From IMG/VR virus record IMGVR_UViG_3300025381_000007: DNA of 64,000 bases, one strand, 5' to 3'. Below the pieces are notes generated by a model. It searched no databases, had not been told where the DNA came from, and saw only the letters and a list, made by a program, of their open reading frames with translations. Within the stretch, counting starts at the first letter, position 1, and the number at the start of each line of letters is the position of its first letter. Below, piece by piece: positions 13,301 through 21,333 of the stretch. The stretch is from a virus. Both the position numbers and the translations under genes were made by a program.

Positions 13301-16300
13301 AAGAAATCAAATTGGCAGTTTGTCTGTAACAGATATTTTTATTGGTGATGGTGCTAGTACTGAATTCGTCCTAAGTTGGGTAGCACAGGCTGATAGATTT
13401 AAAATGAATCTATCTGTTACTGGCGAGTACGTATTGCCTACCGAATACACCGTTCGATATTATAAAGAAACTTATAATGGTTTTACCAAACACTATTCTA
13501 AACTAGTATTCTTAAATATTGATCAAGCTCCTGCATTAGGTGCGGTAGTTACGTTCACTTACGAAAAGAGTGTATCGTTAATGTCTGCCGTAGAACGTAT
13601 TCAAAACTTCTATGCACCGACCGCGGGTATGGCAGGTACTGCTACTGAACAACTGATGGTAGGAGTTGATGATCCTAGAACACATATCGGCGGCCAATAT
13701 GAAGGAAAGAGTTTTGTAAATCCCTACGGTAATATTGTAGGCGGCCCTGATAGTCTTATTAATCCTAGTCATCTTTCTGGTACCTACGATATAAACTTAT
13801 CTCAGCCTTATCCGACATGGTCAGGAACAAACTTAATAAATGCATTAGGTGTTGATCCTGCAGATTTAATCATCGAAGGTGAATATGGATTTGTAACAAC
13901 AAGTTCTGCCTATGCTCCTGAAGAAGTTATTCCTGGTGTAGTTGCAGATACATTAGGTATTGATGTTTATACTCAAGCAGGGTATGTTACACCTACTATT
14001 GTAAACGGTTCTGGAAATGTCATAGCAGGTACTTCTTGTACATTCCCGTTATCAAGTCTTCCGACTACTATCGGAAGCATTGTGGTAGCAGTTAATGGTA
14101 CTGAGTTTGCATACTCAACAGTAACAAATATATCTAATACATTTAATATTGATTGGATAAACTCTGCATTGGTTATTCCTCCACAACCCACTGACGGTGT
14201 TGTGGCATACACTATTATTGGTGTTGGATCAAACTCATCAGCTATTCCTGGAATCATTGATAGAGTAACAGTTAATACAGTAGCAAATACTACTACCGCT
14301 CAAGCAGTTAGTTTAGGTAGTTTTGATGAAGTTACAGGAGTCTTTGTAACATTAGATGGACAAATACTTTCTTCTAATATAATACCTAGCCCGTACTATC
14401 AACTTGTTCCAGCTTCTACAACATCTAACAGAGCATCTGTTATTGTTTATAATCTTCCACTGGGTATTGAAAATACATTGCAGGCTTGGTTCTTTGATAA
14501 TGTAGGTACTAACTTTAATCAAGTTAATGTAAACTATATAACTGTAAATGGCCAAGCAATTTTTGATCCAAATCAGCCCACTTTTGCAGGAATAGATATT
14601 CCTAATCCTCCGGGAAATGTTGGACCTCCGAGCTCACAGGTAATAGTAGAAGCATCGGACATAGGTAGTAATACTTCTATAAGATTATTACCACCAAGTG
14701 TTACCTATTATACAGTGACATCTACTAGTGTTACTCAATATCAAATCAAAGATGCCTTTAACCCATTTGTAAAAGATGTTAACTACGGAGACAACGTTAA
14801 TGTTTATATAAACGGTTCTCAAATAGCATTAGGTGCAGATTTTACTTTTGACAATAACAATGTAACAATATCCAAATCTTTTAATGTCGGTGACGTTATT
14901 GCGGTTGAATCATATATGCCAAATAACTTTGCAAATCACTATAATAGTTCAACTTCAGTGACCTATGATTATGATTATATTGTAACTTTGCAAGGTAAAC
15001 TAGTATTATCACCAAACTGGTATACAAGAACTAATATAAATTATAAGATTACAACTTATACTGATCAGGATTCTATGGGTATCGAAACACAAGTGTTTAA
15101 AGGAAATCCATATAGAACATATATTTTAGATAGACCTGTTCTAGATCAAAATTACGTTTGGGTTACAATCAACTATCCAATATCTAACACAGGTAGATCT
15201 GGAGAACAAGTGTTAATAGGCGGCGTTGATTTCCAAGTGTTGTCTGATCAGTTAACTGTTGTTATTGGTGATGCATACGATGTTACCTCAGATTGTACTG
15301 TGGTGATAATGAGTATTGCCGGTCCTTCTAATAAAAACATTCTAGGTTACAGATATTTTAGAAATATTCTGGGACAAGAATCTTTTACAAGACTGTCTAA
15401 TAAAAACTCTACATACCTAACACAACCGTTGTATACAACATCTACAGAAATACATGTTGCAGATTCTACAATATTAAGCCCTGCTGATCCTGGAACAAAT
15501 ACTCCGGGTGCAGTATTGATTTCAGGAGAATTAATAGAGTTCTATGAAAATAGCAATAATGTTTTAAGCCAACTAAGACGCGGTGCCCGTGGCACAGGTA
15601 TTATTACTACAGCAACTTTGGGTACTCGTGTAATAGATCAAGGTGTGTATCAAACTGTTCCAATAGCACCTGAACAGGCTTATCAAGAAACAGTATTAGC
15701 ACAGAATACATATACTAATGCTGCTCTAAGTAATACCTATACTATCAAATCTTCATCTATTACTGGATGGATTAATACTTTAACAGCTTCTGTTATTAGA
15801 TGTGATGGTATTTCTTTCCTAACCTCGGTATCACCGTTACCAGTTGATCCTTATACAGGTTCCTTTGTTGTCGGTAATAGAATATATTCTGTCTCTACTG
15901 CAAGTATTGCAGCCAAAGATCAAATACAAGTTTACTATGGCGGTTATCCGTTGCGTAAAAATATTTCATATTACCAAGACACAACAGTACAACATGACAG
16001 TATATTGGAATCTCAAATACTTGGAACATTCCCTACAGTATCTTCATTGACTAATGTGTATTCTAGGTTGTCAACTGATTTACAATATACTCCGAATCCT
16101 GCATATGTTACCACTGACACTAGTATTGTTTGGGTATACAAATCAGGACAATCGCAAGTAAATATTGATTATACTACATCAACCAATGTAGGACTTCCAG
16201 TTAAATCTACAGGTACAACTTACCTTGTAACAAGTACTAACTTGATTTATTGGTCAACTGGTACAGGTTATATAGTAACTGCAACACTGGGATTAATTGA

Positions 16301-16577
16301 TTCTGGATTACGTCAACTACCGCCTGATTTTACTATTAACACTAGTACTCAAGTGATAACATTAAATACTTCAACAGTTAAGTTAAACACAGGAACATTG
16401 TTATCGATTGTTATGAAACGTGTAACCTCTAGCTGGAACGATGTTGTATCTGCAGGAACTTCAACTGTTTCTCTAACATCTAGTACAAGTTTTGAAGCAC
16501 AGTTCTTACAAGAAGCGCCTGCTATACTTCCTGATGTTTATTTCTATAGTGGAAATGCAATTAAAGGGAACGTATAA
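4320..16577 (+). CDS. Giant (4085 aa) virion / baseplate-associated structural protein with beta-propeller-like (FG-GAP-like) repeats
   Basis: Uninterrupted 12.3-kb ORF in the baseplate operon; T/S/N-rich; repeated 'FG.S...L.VGAP' units at about 10020-11180. Confidence 0.7.
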   Translation: MSTSTVHSVNLLPTYLQTNKNSKFLSSTIDQLIQPAQLERLNAYIGSTSTPTYHIGDSYVQESTALRQAYQLDPALVTNDINGVIQSVVALDDLANEIALEGGLTNNFDRLFRSQVYPYYPQIAIDKLVNYEKYYWLPEGPELVNIDQADLDVANQVIGQSDVVLTVGNNSVQLLNGMMVTFSGDGVSNQYKYKEFFVEGTGTSIVLVPYDSLITPEVSAQQNPDLFDKAGFDMLSFDDNRNIPVDPQYITINRASKDLNAWSRANRWVHEDIIIASTAANNAEVKLPPLQRALRPIIEFNADIKLFNHGSVAYKYVDVVDKYTKNAFLTISGTTIPGTSNTSTVVVDGIPLEHGYRIIFTNDTDPTVQNNIYQVNFVNINGTYKLVLLPASDNMPEEGASVIVTQGTVFGGTTLWYNGTTWVSAQQKTATNQAPLFDLFDENEVSYSDTQYYLSNFTGNKIFGYKINNSNPVDSILGLHVDYRNISSIGSFLFTNYFGTDQITVSLSGTTVDVVPTSKTFFKIGNKYLNVWDSLLSPPININSTGYYDVPLSLTNNPLNSYLTDFTLADFDQQAVTNTRLISNGNNPMAFAMMFIGKKSNSVIDAIEKSSDAYNQFKLALIAQASSIADVTDPVKVLDEILTKINLSKTSLSPYYLSDMVAYGVDKKTLTYTVTNPNVVTYSINSEFNLTASSNRSVLIYLNGRQLTAGQDYTFDPYDAGVTFSIVLSAGDVITINDYRDTRGSFIPPTPTKLGLYPSFVPKIYSDNTYASGPVNVIQGHDGSIMLAYNDYRDAIILEYELRVFNNLKVAYRPELFDVNSSNPGAFRDSLGTSNYSLDEVNKIIQPSFIKWAGTYGIEYITNNSFDINNPFTWNYTGSVYKGLQYPNASAGTGISVSGSWRAVFEYFYDTDRPHTAPWEMLGFGKQPSWWDAEYGVAPYTSGNTKMWTDIQAGNIAQGPIAGINTFYARPGLLDILPVDEFGNLLSPTIIGLVAHAASPNISYNWNIGNRSPAETAWRRSSYWPFVVQRLLALTQPATYCALMYDPANMSVNKAGQWTYGSAYSFLQLPSMPIHGESGVATSGYGVFVSEVGQQRTQNYINELRQDLKYVNFNLFYKVGGFVNPNTLQIIIDAYEPTTTAPGAILPNESYSLILNTSNPIQSIGISGIIVQRTDAGYVVRGYDRQQPYFTYYPAVRNANTPTITVGGVTSDYVAWTSATGVGDRNLTSLDTTTAKAAPSNIFYQAGQIVQYGNNFYRVLVGHSAESTFDASLYQILPSIPTTGGATVQVANSFNKNSVKVPYGTTFTNIQDVYDLIIGYGAWLTDQGFVFEQFNTNLGTNVDWHLSGKEFLYWSTQSWTSSGVITLSPFADQLTFQTTNSVVNNIFDNFYEYSISKADGTPFPQNNLFVARQSGQFTINVINSVEGIYFARLLCIQKEHAIVFDNTDIFGDIIYDIETGERQARMKLVGFRTANWNGDFFAPGFLYDEAKVVEWKPFTNYLASDVVKYNSQYYSAISNVAGTKSFVYTQWNILSSKPTAGLFSNFDYKVSQFNDFYSLDIDNFDSSIQQAAQNLTGYTPRPYLNNIFSDPISQYKFYQGMIREKGTANPIIKLAAATIQNLNSKIEFNEEWAFRVGQYGSFTTYNEFEVPLKEGTFVENPQIISFVESVPKESNSVIYYATPNELTIGTGTLPTVATSTSTATLQLLHAGYVRFDDVDATAYNFSSLLDIANNDVINDGTTVWLGFKPDGSWDVLRYTFRSADIIDVNATQPFSQITFTTSGTHSLSVGQLVSVVNFNSEVNGVYTILEIPSNTEFTVASTLGSIDFNNPSSPGMLFTFDSIRVETFDNLPIDQTLYRYNLGSKVWVNTGNGTDNNGWAVYEKVLNYTNTDVKSISSISNEGLGYSISKPKGSKILAVGSPYYTGTNVGGFVSGNVGLYEINNNKLQAISFYQMYNTAGTGNLYGYSVAYNPIPFSSSTYGLIFAGAPGANNNAGKVLVTGLDTYIQTKLLATITTSTSGSAFGSSLSVVPTSTITSLLFVGAPVGNGAVHSYTVKSTATVSSVYSGSVSGTSGSLFGTSIATNSTGSLVAIGAPGYSQATGQVRYYTGSLSSLGTITSPFATGTNFGQSLAMSRDGYYLAVSAPNLNNDDGSIGAVCIYTLTNNAYVLDTTLINPVIGSTMNFGIAMDFTSEADALVVTALGTNTSVVTYFDEHTTTFDLDTTRFTESEIMSGSAYLYSRRGTRFVYSEELVNAEENITTGTNYGTSVSLDNGVVLVGAPGGSTQLVSTATSAIYQFTAIDPAVVGWNQLRVQDDFVLPSGVQKICLVDTVSNDIINYYDYVDPLKGQIVGLAEEELTYKVASDPAIYSIGDSKVNVNNVSNWLDNQVGQLWWDLSTAKFTWYEQGDLEYRRINWNTLFPGASIDVYEWVKSTLLPSDWAIQADTTSGLAKGISGQPKYPDNSTLSVTQEYDSATGGFINTYYYWVKNKATIPNVADRRTSAQNVASYIANPLAAGLQFASIIDKNTIMLANIATELKSDQISLNFAIDNTNSKIPRHTEWQLMTDGKETSTPPGLLERKMIDSFIGYSTSTGALVPDPKLSARAKFGIGIRPQQTLFNNRFEALRNVIDFANSILIDVQVTSNYSFNNLNAAEPFPTQYTVIEDATELDPVFVGSTSTVTVLVDADSNNGWAVYELQNSKWVRVRTQSYNTPLYWKHVDWVSTSYDAYRDITVAVDELYQLAEVSLSAGQYVKVNNRGDGNYIILEVAPAGTVGDFGNNYLTRYIQNGTIQFLDTLWNLAFGWNQTYSYSQTLFDQTPNKEIQFILTALKDDLFINDLRVNWNKLFFKAMKYAVSEQPAIDWILKTSFIDVTNYAGQLTQPPIYKLQDSSYYEDFINEVKPYHTKVRNFTTNFSNTEFSQTLTTDFDFPAYWSTLTNKFVTTPVSTSSLVYPQYLSNSGTYTTSTVPTLESLFVNPVRQITETMVFDRISTRNQIGSLSVTDIFIGDGASTEFVLSWVAQADRFKMNLSVTGEYVLPTEYTVRYYKETYNGFTKHYSKLVFLNIDQAPALGAVVTFTYEKSVSLMSAVERIQNFYAPTAGMAGTATEQLMVGVDDPRTHIGGQYEGKSFVNPYGNIVGGPDSLINPSHLSGTYDINLSQPYPTWSGTNLINALGVDPADLIIEGEYGFVTTSSAYAPEEVIPGVVADTLGIDVYTQAGYVTPTIVNGSGNVIAGTSCTFPLSSLPTTIGSIVVAVNGTEFAYSTVTNISNTFNIDWINSALVIPPQPTDGVVAYTIIGVGSNSSAIPGIIDRVTVNTVANTTTAQAVSLGSFDEVTGVFVTLDGQILSSNIIPSPYYQLVPASTTSNRASVIVYNLPLGIENTLQAWFFDNVGTNFNQVNVNYITVNGQAIFDPNQPTFAGIDIPNPPGNVGPPSSQVIVEASDIGSNTSIRLLPPSVTYYTVTSTSVTQYQIKDAFNPFVKDVNYGDNVNVYINGSQIALGADFTFDNNNVTISKSFNVGDVIAVESYMPNNFANHYNSSTSVTYDYDYIVTLQGKLVLSPNWYTRTNINYKITTYTDQDSMGIETQVFKGNPYRTYILDRPVLDQNYVWVTINYPISNTGRSGEQVLIGGVDFQVLSDQLTVVIGDAYDVTSDCTVVIMSIAGPSNKNILGYRYFRNILGQESFTRLSNKNSTYLTQPLYTTSTEIHVADSTILSPADPGTNTPGAVLISGELIEFYENSNNVLSQLRRGARGTGIITTATLGTRVIDQGVYQTVPIAPEQAYQETVLAQNTYTNAALSNTYTIKSSSITGWINTLTASVIRCDGISFLTSVSPLPVDPYTGSFVVGNRIYSVSTASIAAKDQIQVYYGGYPLRKNISYYQDTTVQHDSILESQILGTFPTVSSLTNVYSRLSTDLQYTPNPAYVTTDTSIVWVYKSGQSQVNIDYTTSTNVGLPVKSTGTTYLVTSTNLIYWSTGTGYIVTATLGLIDSGLRQLPPDFTINTSTQVITLNTSTVKLNTGTLLSIVMKRVTSSWNDVVSAGTSTVSLTSSTSFEAQFLQEAPAILPDVYFYSGNAIKGNV

Positions 16578-16584
16578 ACTAGCA

Positions 16585-16590
16585 TAAATA
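16585..16590 (+). promoter_or_regulatory. Late promoter core TAAATA
   Basis: Intergenic TAAATA just before ATG 16596. Confidence 0.55.
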
Positions 16591-16595
16591 TCATC

Positions 16596-17231
16596 ATGGA
16601 ACAAAAACAAATGAATACCAACACAGAAAAAAAACCCAATGAACAAGGAAACATTGCTGTTCGCGGGCATATTAAAATCTATAATCCAGAAACCGGACAA
16701 GTGTTTATTGACAAGCCTAATGCTATTAACTATGAAACTTTTAGTATAAGTTTAGCACAAAGTGTTAGTAACCAAGGCCGAGGAATGATCGAAGGTATGG
16801 CATTTGGTAATGGAGGTACTCGCGTTGACGATACCGGTATTATTACATACCTAACACCGAACGTTATTGGTACAACTGCTGGTCTATATAATCAAACTTA
16901 TTATAAAGTAGTTGATTCAAATCAAACATACGACTTGGATCCTGCTAGAAACTTTATGGAAGTTAGACATGTCGCTGGCTCATTCTATAGTGATGTTTTA
17001 GTTAGTTGTTTATTAGATTTTGGTGAGCCCAACGGCCAAATGGCCTTTGACAATGCTACTAACAGCGATGGTACATATGTGTTTGACGAACTTGGTCTTA
17101 GAGCATATAGTCCAAATGGTCCTGGAACTGGGCCGTTGTTAACTCATGTAATTTTTCACCCTGTGCAAAAAAGTTTGAATCGAATGATTCAGATTGATTA
17201 TACCATCCGAGTACAGAGTTTAAGTTCTTAA
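16596..17231 (+). CDS. Putative baseplate / tail structural protein
   Basis: Operon context; 'MAFGNGG' and 'FDELGL' motifs resemble tail-collar / fibre-attachment proteins. Confidence 0.55.
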   Translation: MEQKQMNTNTEKKPNEQGNIAVRGHIKIYNPETGQVFIDKPNAINYETFSISLAQSVSNQGRGMIEGMAFGNGGTRVDDTGIITYLTPNVIGTTAGLYNQTYYKVVDSNQTYDLDPARNFMEVRHVAGSFYSDVLVSCLLDFGEPNGQMAFDNATNSDGTYVFDELGLRAYSPNGPGTGPLLTHVIFHPVQKSLNRMIQIDYTIRVQSLSS

Positions 17232-17241
17232 GGATAGTGTA

Positions 17242-18030
17242 ATGGCATATACAATTTTAAATAATAATAACACAGTTTTAGTAAGAGTAGCCGATGACTC
17301 TATTGATCAATCTACCAGTGTTACTTTTGTTGGTAAAGATTATGCTGGTTACGGACAATACTATAATCAAAACCTAGTAACATTATTAACTAATTCTGCC
17401 AATCCTAACTATTCCCCTCCCGCTAATCCTTTAGGCGGCCAATTGTGGTATGATACAACATATAAAAAACTTAGAGTATTTGATGCTACTTCGGGTACAT
17501 TTATAAGTGCCGGCGGAGCAACTATTGGTACTAGTCAACCTGCTGGATTAAACGCTGGTGATTTTTGGTATAATAGCAATAATGCCACACAAACAATAAA
17601 TTTCTTTAATGGAAGTTCTTTTGTTACCCTTTCGACCTATCCAATGAATCAACCAACTGGATTGATTACACCTATACTACCTATTCTTAATAATACCAGT
17701 CCTCCGATAAATCAACAAGTTTCTTTATTAGAAAACTACGGTGTAGTAAAAGGTGCATTAAGTAATAGTTCGTTTACGGTTAATGGAACTCAAAGCGTAA
17801 ACATTTTTAATACAACCAGCTACACTATTACCCAGGGATTAAATATCATTGGTAATATACAAGCTTCTGCAAATGTCATTACTAACAATGTAACTGCTAC
17901 TTCGATAACTGTTAATTCTATTTCTATCGGTGCTGCGACTAGCGGAACTCCTACAAATAACACAACAGCTTCGTCTTGGTTAAAAATAGTTGTAGCAGGA
18001 ACTCAGTACTTTTTACCTTTATATCAATAA
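17242..18030 (+). CDS. Short tail-fibre-like structural protein
   Basis: N-terminus DQSTSVTFVGKDYAGYGQ...NPLGGQLWYD is paralogous to the next gene. Confidence 0.6.
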   Translation: MAYTILNNNNTVLVRVADDSIDQSTSVTFVGKDYAGYGQYYNQNLVTLLTNSANPNYSPPANPLGGQLWYDTTYKKLRVFDATSGTFISAGGATIGTSQPAGLNAGDFWYNSNNATQTINFFNGSSFVTLSTYPMNQPTGLITPILPILNNTSPPINQQVSLLENYGVVKGALSNSSFTVNGTQSVNIFNTTSYTITQGLNIIGNIQASANVITNNVTATSITVNSISIGAATSGTPTNNTTASSWLKIVVAGTQYFLPLYQ

Positions 18031-18034
18031 TACT

Positions 18035-19243
18035 ATGTCATACATTTTAACCAAAACCAGCGGTACTGTATTAACAACAGTTCGAGATGCAACAATAGAT
18101 CAAACTACAAGCCTTACCTTTGTTGGTAAAAACTTTTCTGGATATGGTCAACCTTTAGAAGAAAACTTCGTTGGGCTATTAGAAAACTTTAATAACTCTG
18201 TGTCTCCAACTAATCCAATACAGGGACAACTATGGTTTAATAATCAAACTCAGCAGTTAAATGTTTCTTATGATGGTACTAACTTTAAAGGTATTGCCAG
18301 TTTGAGCGTATGTGGATCTAGTACTATTCCAAATAATCCTGTAACTGGAGATATGATTTGGAATACATCTACTCAACAGTTATCGGTATATGATCAAACT
18401 TCTAATGGATTTGTGTTTATCGGACCATTTGATCAAGGAACTGGCAGCTCGTGGTCATTTACTCCTGAGCAAACAAATCAATCTGTTTATCAAGCAACTA
18501 TTCGTGGGCTTGTAGATGGTTTAAATGTACTAGCAATATCCAATGTTAACTATGTACCTGCAACATATCCGAGCAGTGATTTAGGCGTAGGCTCTGCTAA
18601 TACATTTACAGTTGTTAAAGCTGGTATTACCTTGCCTGGAGCAGATTCTGCAACTGGAGTTTCTACAGTATCGACAACATCTGGATATATGTTATGGGGT
18701 ACTGCGGCTCACTCACTATTAACATCTGGGTTGAATGTCACTGCCGCCCCTTCTGGAACATTATATATCCCTATGGTTTCTAATGCTACAGGTGCATCTA
18801 ATGCTGTAGTAAACTCATCGTTTAACTATACTAATGGTGTATTAAATGCTACAGCCACTGCCGCTTACTATGCCGACTTGGCAGAGCGTTACGAAGCTGA
18901 TGCTATATATGAACCTGGAACCGTTTTAGTAATCGGCGGCCTAAAAGAAGTTACAACTACTACTAAATTTGCTGATACAAGGGTAGCGGGTATAGTGTCT
19001 ACAAATCCTGCCTATTTAATGAATAAAGACGCCGGAAATGACGAAACTCACCCTGCAATTGCCTTAAAAGGTCGTGTTCTTTGCAAAGTTCACGGCTATA
19101 TTGAAAGAGGTGATCTTTTAGTTACTAGTGACTATGCAGGATATGCTACAGCGGCTAAATCGGTATCTGAAGGATCTGTAATAGGAAAAGCCCTGCAAAG
19201 TAACTCACAGGGCTTTGGGGTTATTGAAGTTCTTGTAGTTTAA
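18035..19243 (+). CDS. Tail fibre protein with C-terminal intramolecular-chaperone / autocleavage-type domain
   Basis: Shares N-terminal anchor with the previous gene; C-terminal YADLAERY...PGTVLVIGG...GIVST.PA..MN...AL.GRV..KV...GDLLV.S motif. Confidence 0.65.
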   Translation: MSYILTKTSGTVLTTVRDATIDQTTSLTFVGKNFSGYGQPLEENFVGLLENFNNSVSPTNPIQGQLWFNNQTQQLNVSYDGTNFKGIASLSVCGSSTIPNNPVTGDMIWNTSTQQLSVYDQTSNGFVFIGPFDQGTGSSWSFTPEQTNQSVYQATIRGLVDGLNVLAISNVNYVPATYPSSDLGVGSANTFTVVKAGITLPGADSATGVSTVSTTSGYMLWGTAAHSLLTSGLNVTAAPSGTLYIPMVSNATGASNAVVNSSFNYTNGVLNATATAAYYADLAERYEADAIYEPGTVLVIGGLKEVTTTTKFADTRVAGIVSTNPAYLMNKDAGNDETHPAIALKGRVLCKVHGYIERGDLLVTSDYAGYATAAKSVSEGSVIGKALQSNSQGFGVIEVLVV

Positions 19244-20124
19244 ACTGCCATTGGAGCCTTAATGGCTTCGTGGCTTTCATAGCCTTCTAGTTCAATATCA
19301 CTCATTTCAAAATCCATAATAACATTTACTTCTGGATTTAGTTTTAATGTAGGCAAGGGCAATGGTTTACGACTTATTTGCTCTTTAACTTGATCAAAAT
19401 GGTTATTGTAAATGTGAGCATCACCGATGGTAATGACCAAATCTCCAACTTCCAGATTACAAACTTGAGCGGCCATATGTGTAAACAATGCATATGATGC
19501 AATATTAAATGGTACACCTAAGAACATATCGGCACTACGTTGATACATCTGGCAACTTAACTTACCGTTAGCAACATAGAACTGAGCAAGGATATGACAC
19601 GGCGGAAGAGCCATTAAATCTAACTCACCTGGATTCCATGCGGTTATAATATGTCTACGACTATATGGATCCTCTTTAATACCTTTGATGAGTTCGATCA
19701 ACTGGTCATGATTTTGTAAAACAACTTTGTTGATACGCACCAAGGGCTTACGCCACTTGCGCCATTGTACTCCGTAGATTCTACCTAAGTCACCGGAATG
19801 TCTTTGAAGTTTTTTACTAGTCCAATAAGGCGCACTAGCATTATCAGACCATATTGTTTTCTTTTCAGTATAACGTTCACCGTGTAAGATTTCTCTTAGG
19901 CGTAGTTCGTCTCCACTGCCTTCTAAAAACCAAAGTAGTTCACTAACAACAGCTCTCCAGGCCAGCTTCTTTGTAGTAACTGCTGGAAAGCCTTCTGTTA
20001 AATCAAAACGCATTTGAAGACCAAATATACTACGGGTGCCTGTGCCTGTACGATCAGGACGATCGTCACCGTTTTCTAAAATGTTTTTAAGTGCGTCTAG
20101 ATAGACTTTTTCTGGATGTGTCAT
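19240..20124 (-). CDS. thyA: Thymidylate synthase
   Basis: DRTGTGT, LPPCH, YQRSADMFLGVPFNIASY and GDAHIY motifs. Confidence 0.97.
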   Translation of the reverse strand: MTHPEKVYLDALKNILENGDDRPDRTGTGTRSIFGLQMRFDLTEGFPAVTTKKLAWRAVVSELLWFLEGSGDELRLREILHGERYTEKKTIWSDNASAPYWTSKKLQRHSGDLGRIYGVQWRKWRKPLVRINKVVLQNHDQLIELIKGIKEDPYSRRHIITAWNPGELDLMALPPCHILAQFYVANGKLSCQMYQRSADMFLGVPFNIASYALFTHMAAQVCNLEVGDLVITIGDAHIYNNHFDQVKEQISRKPLPLPTLKLNPEVNVIMDFEMSDIELEGYESHEAIKAPMAV

Positions 20125-20768
20125 TCAGCAGCCGTTTCTACTTCTTTTTTCTTCTTGCTCTTTGGAGGATCAATTTCGTCTGCTTGTTTGCGTAGTACTT
20201 GAGCTTGTTTAAACAATGCATCAGCACGTGAGCGCATTTCGGCAGGAGTAAGTTCTAGACTAGCATTTTTAGATTCTGTAACAACAGGTGCAGTGGTGAT
20301 TTCTTCACCGGCGTTTACACTAGAACTTGTTGTACGAGTTGGATCATCTTTTGGAGCAGTTTTTTTCTTTTGAGTGCCATCTGTTACCGCTAAGTCTTCG
20401 ATGCTGATGCCCTTTTGTTGGGCAATCAGTTCATTTAACTCGTCTAACTGAATAGAAGCGTTTGTAGCAGGAGTCATGATAACTCCGTTGGTCGGAACCT
20501 TTTTAAGAAGACCTCTTTTGTGTAAAGATGCTAGAATGTTTTCACCATCTGGAAACTTACGAACAGCTAAAATGTCTGCTAGTTCATTTGCTTGTTGTCC
20601 ACTAATATCTTGTACAATACTCATAATAGTATCATGCCAAGTATCTGGCAAACTGCTAGTTCCGATAACTAGCGCACTAGTTGCATCTCCGGGTAATGTG
20701 CGATAAGCAACAAGGATTTTTGCCCCGTTGTTTTTCATTTTACCCACGTGTTTCATTTCTCTTGCCAT
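20121..20768 (-). CDS. Hypothetical protein (215 aa)
   Basis: AGAGG RBS; ATGA overlap with thyA. Confidence 0.75.
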   Translation of the reverse strand: MAREMKHVGKMKNNGAKILVAYRTLPGDATSALVIGTSSLPDTWHDTIMSIVQDISGQQANELADILAVRKFPDGENILASLHKRGLLKKVPTNGVIMTPATNASIQLDELNELIAQQKGISIEDLAVTDGTQKKKTAPKDDPTRTTSSSVNAGEEITTAPVVTESKNASLELTPAEMRSRADALFKQAQVLRKQADEIDPPKSKKKKEVETAAE

Positions 20769-20782
20769 ATTGCTACCTCTTA

Positions 20783-21037
20783 TTAGGCTGTTGGTGCTTC
20801 AGTTTGATCAGCTGGTTGTTGAGCCGGAGTAACAGCATTCAAGAATGTGTTTAGACGATCAAATACTTGACCAACTGATGTAGCTTCTGCGGCACCAAAT
20901 GCACCGCGACGTACTGCTAAATCAACAACTGCACGTAGATTTTGTAAATCTTGAATGCTTAGTTGTGGTTGTTGTGGTTGTTCTACTGGCGCATCTCCGC
21001 CAACTGCTGTGCTTGCTACTTGTGCTTCATCTGACAT
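20783..21037 (-). CDS. Hypothetical protein (84 aa)
   Basis: AAGGA RBS; helical core 'IQDLQNLRAVVDLAVRRGAF'. Confidence 0.7.
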   Translation of the reverse strand: MSDEAQVASTAVGGDAPVEQPQQPQLSIQDLQNLRAVVDLAVRRGAFGAAEATSVGQVFDRLNTFLNAVTPAQQPADQTEAPTA

Positions 21038-21049
21038 TTTTATTTTCCT

Positions 21050-21331
21050 TTATGTTTTATGAATATGTGGACACCCTAAGGAAAACATTGTGAGTTCCAT
21101 AGGATCTTCCATACCAACTTCTATTACCTCAGATATTTTATTATTGTTATCTAAGGCAAAAGATTTCTTAATAGTATACCTACTATTTAAGTTATAAGTA
21201 ATCCACTGATCTAACAATTTGATATCGCATAACTTTGATACTTTGACGGTGGTAAAGTGTGCTGGAATGAAACTTAACTGTCTTATTCCTAACACACTTA
21301 AAGGGTTTACTTCACCTCTAGCCAATGCCAT
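21050..21331 (-). CDS. Hypothetical protein (93 aa)
   Basis: Tightly packed in the minus-strand operon. Confidence 0.65.
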   Translation of the reverse strand: MALARGEVNPLSVLGIRQLSFIPAHFTTVKVSKLCDIKLLDQWITYNLNSRYTIKKSFALDNNNKISEVIEVGMEDPMELTMFSLGCPHIHKT

Positions 21332-21333
21332 AC

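Noticed and set aside
17242-19243. Diversity-generating retroelement or invertible tail-fibre system
   Set aside because: The two genes share only diverged protein-level N-termini; no template/variable repeat pair, reverse transcriptase or invertase is visible
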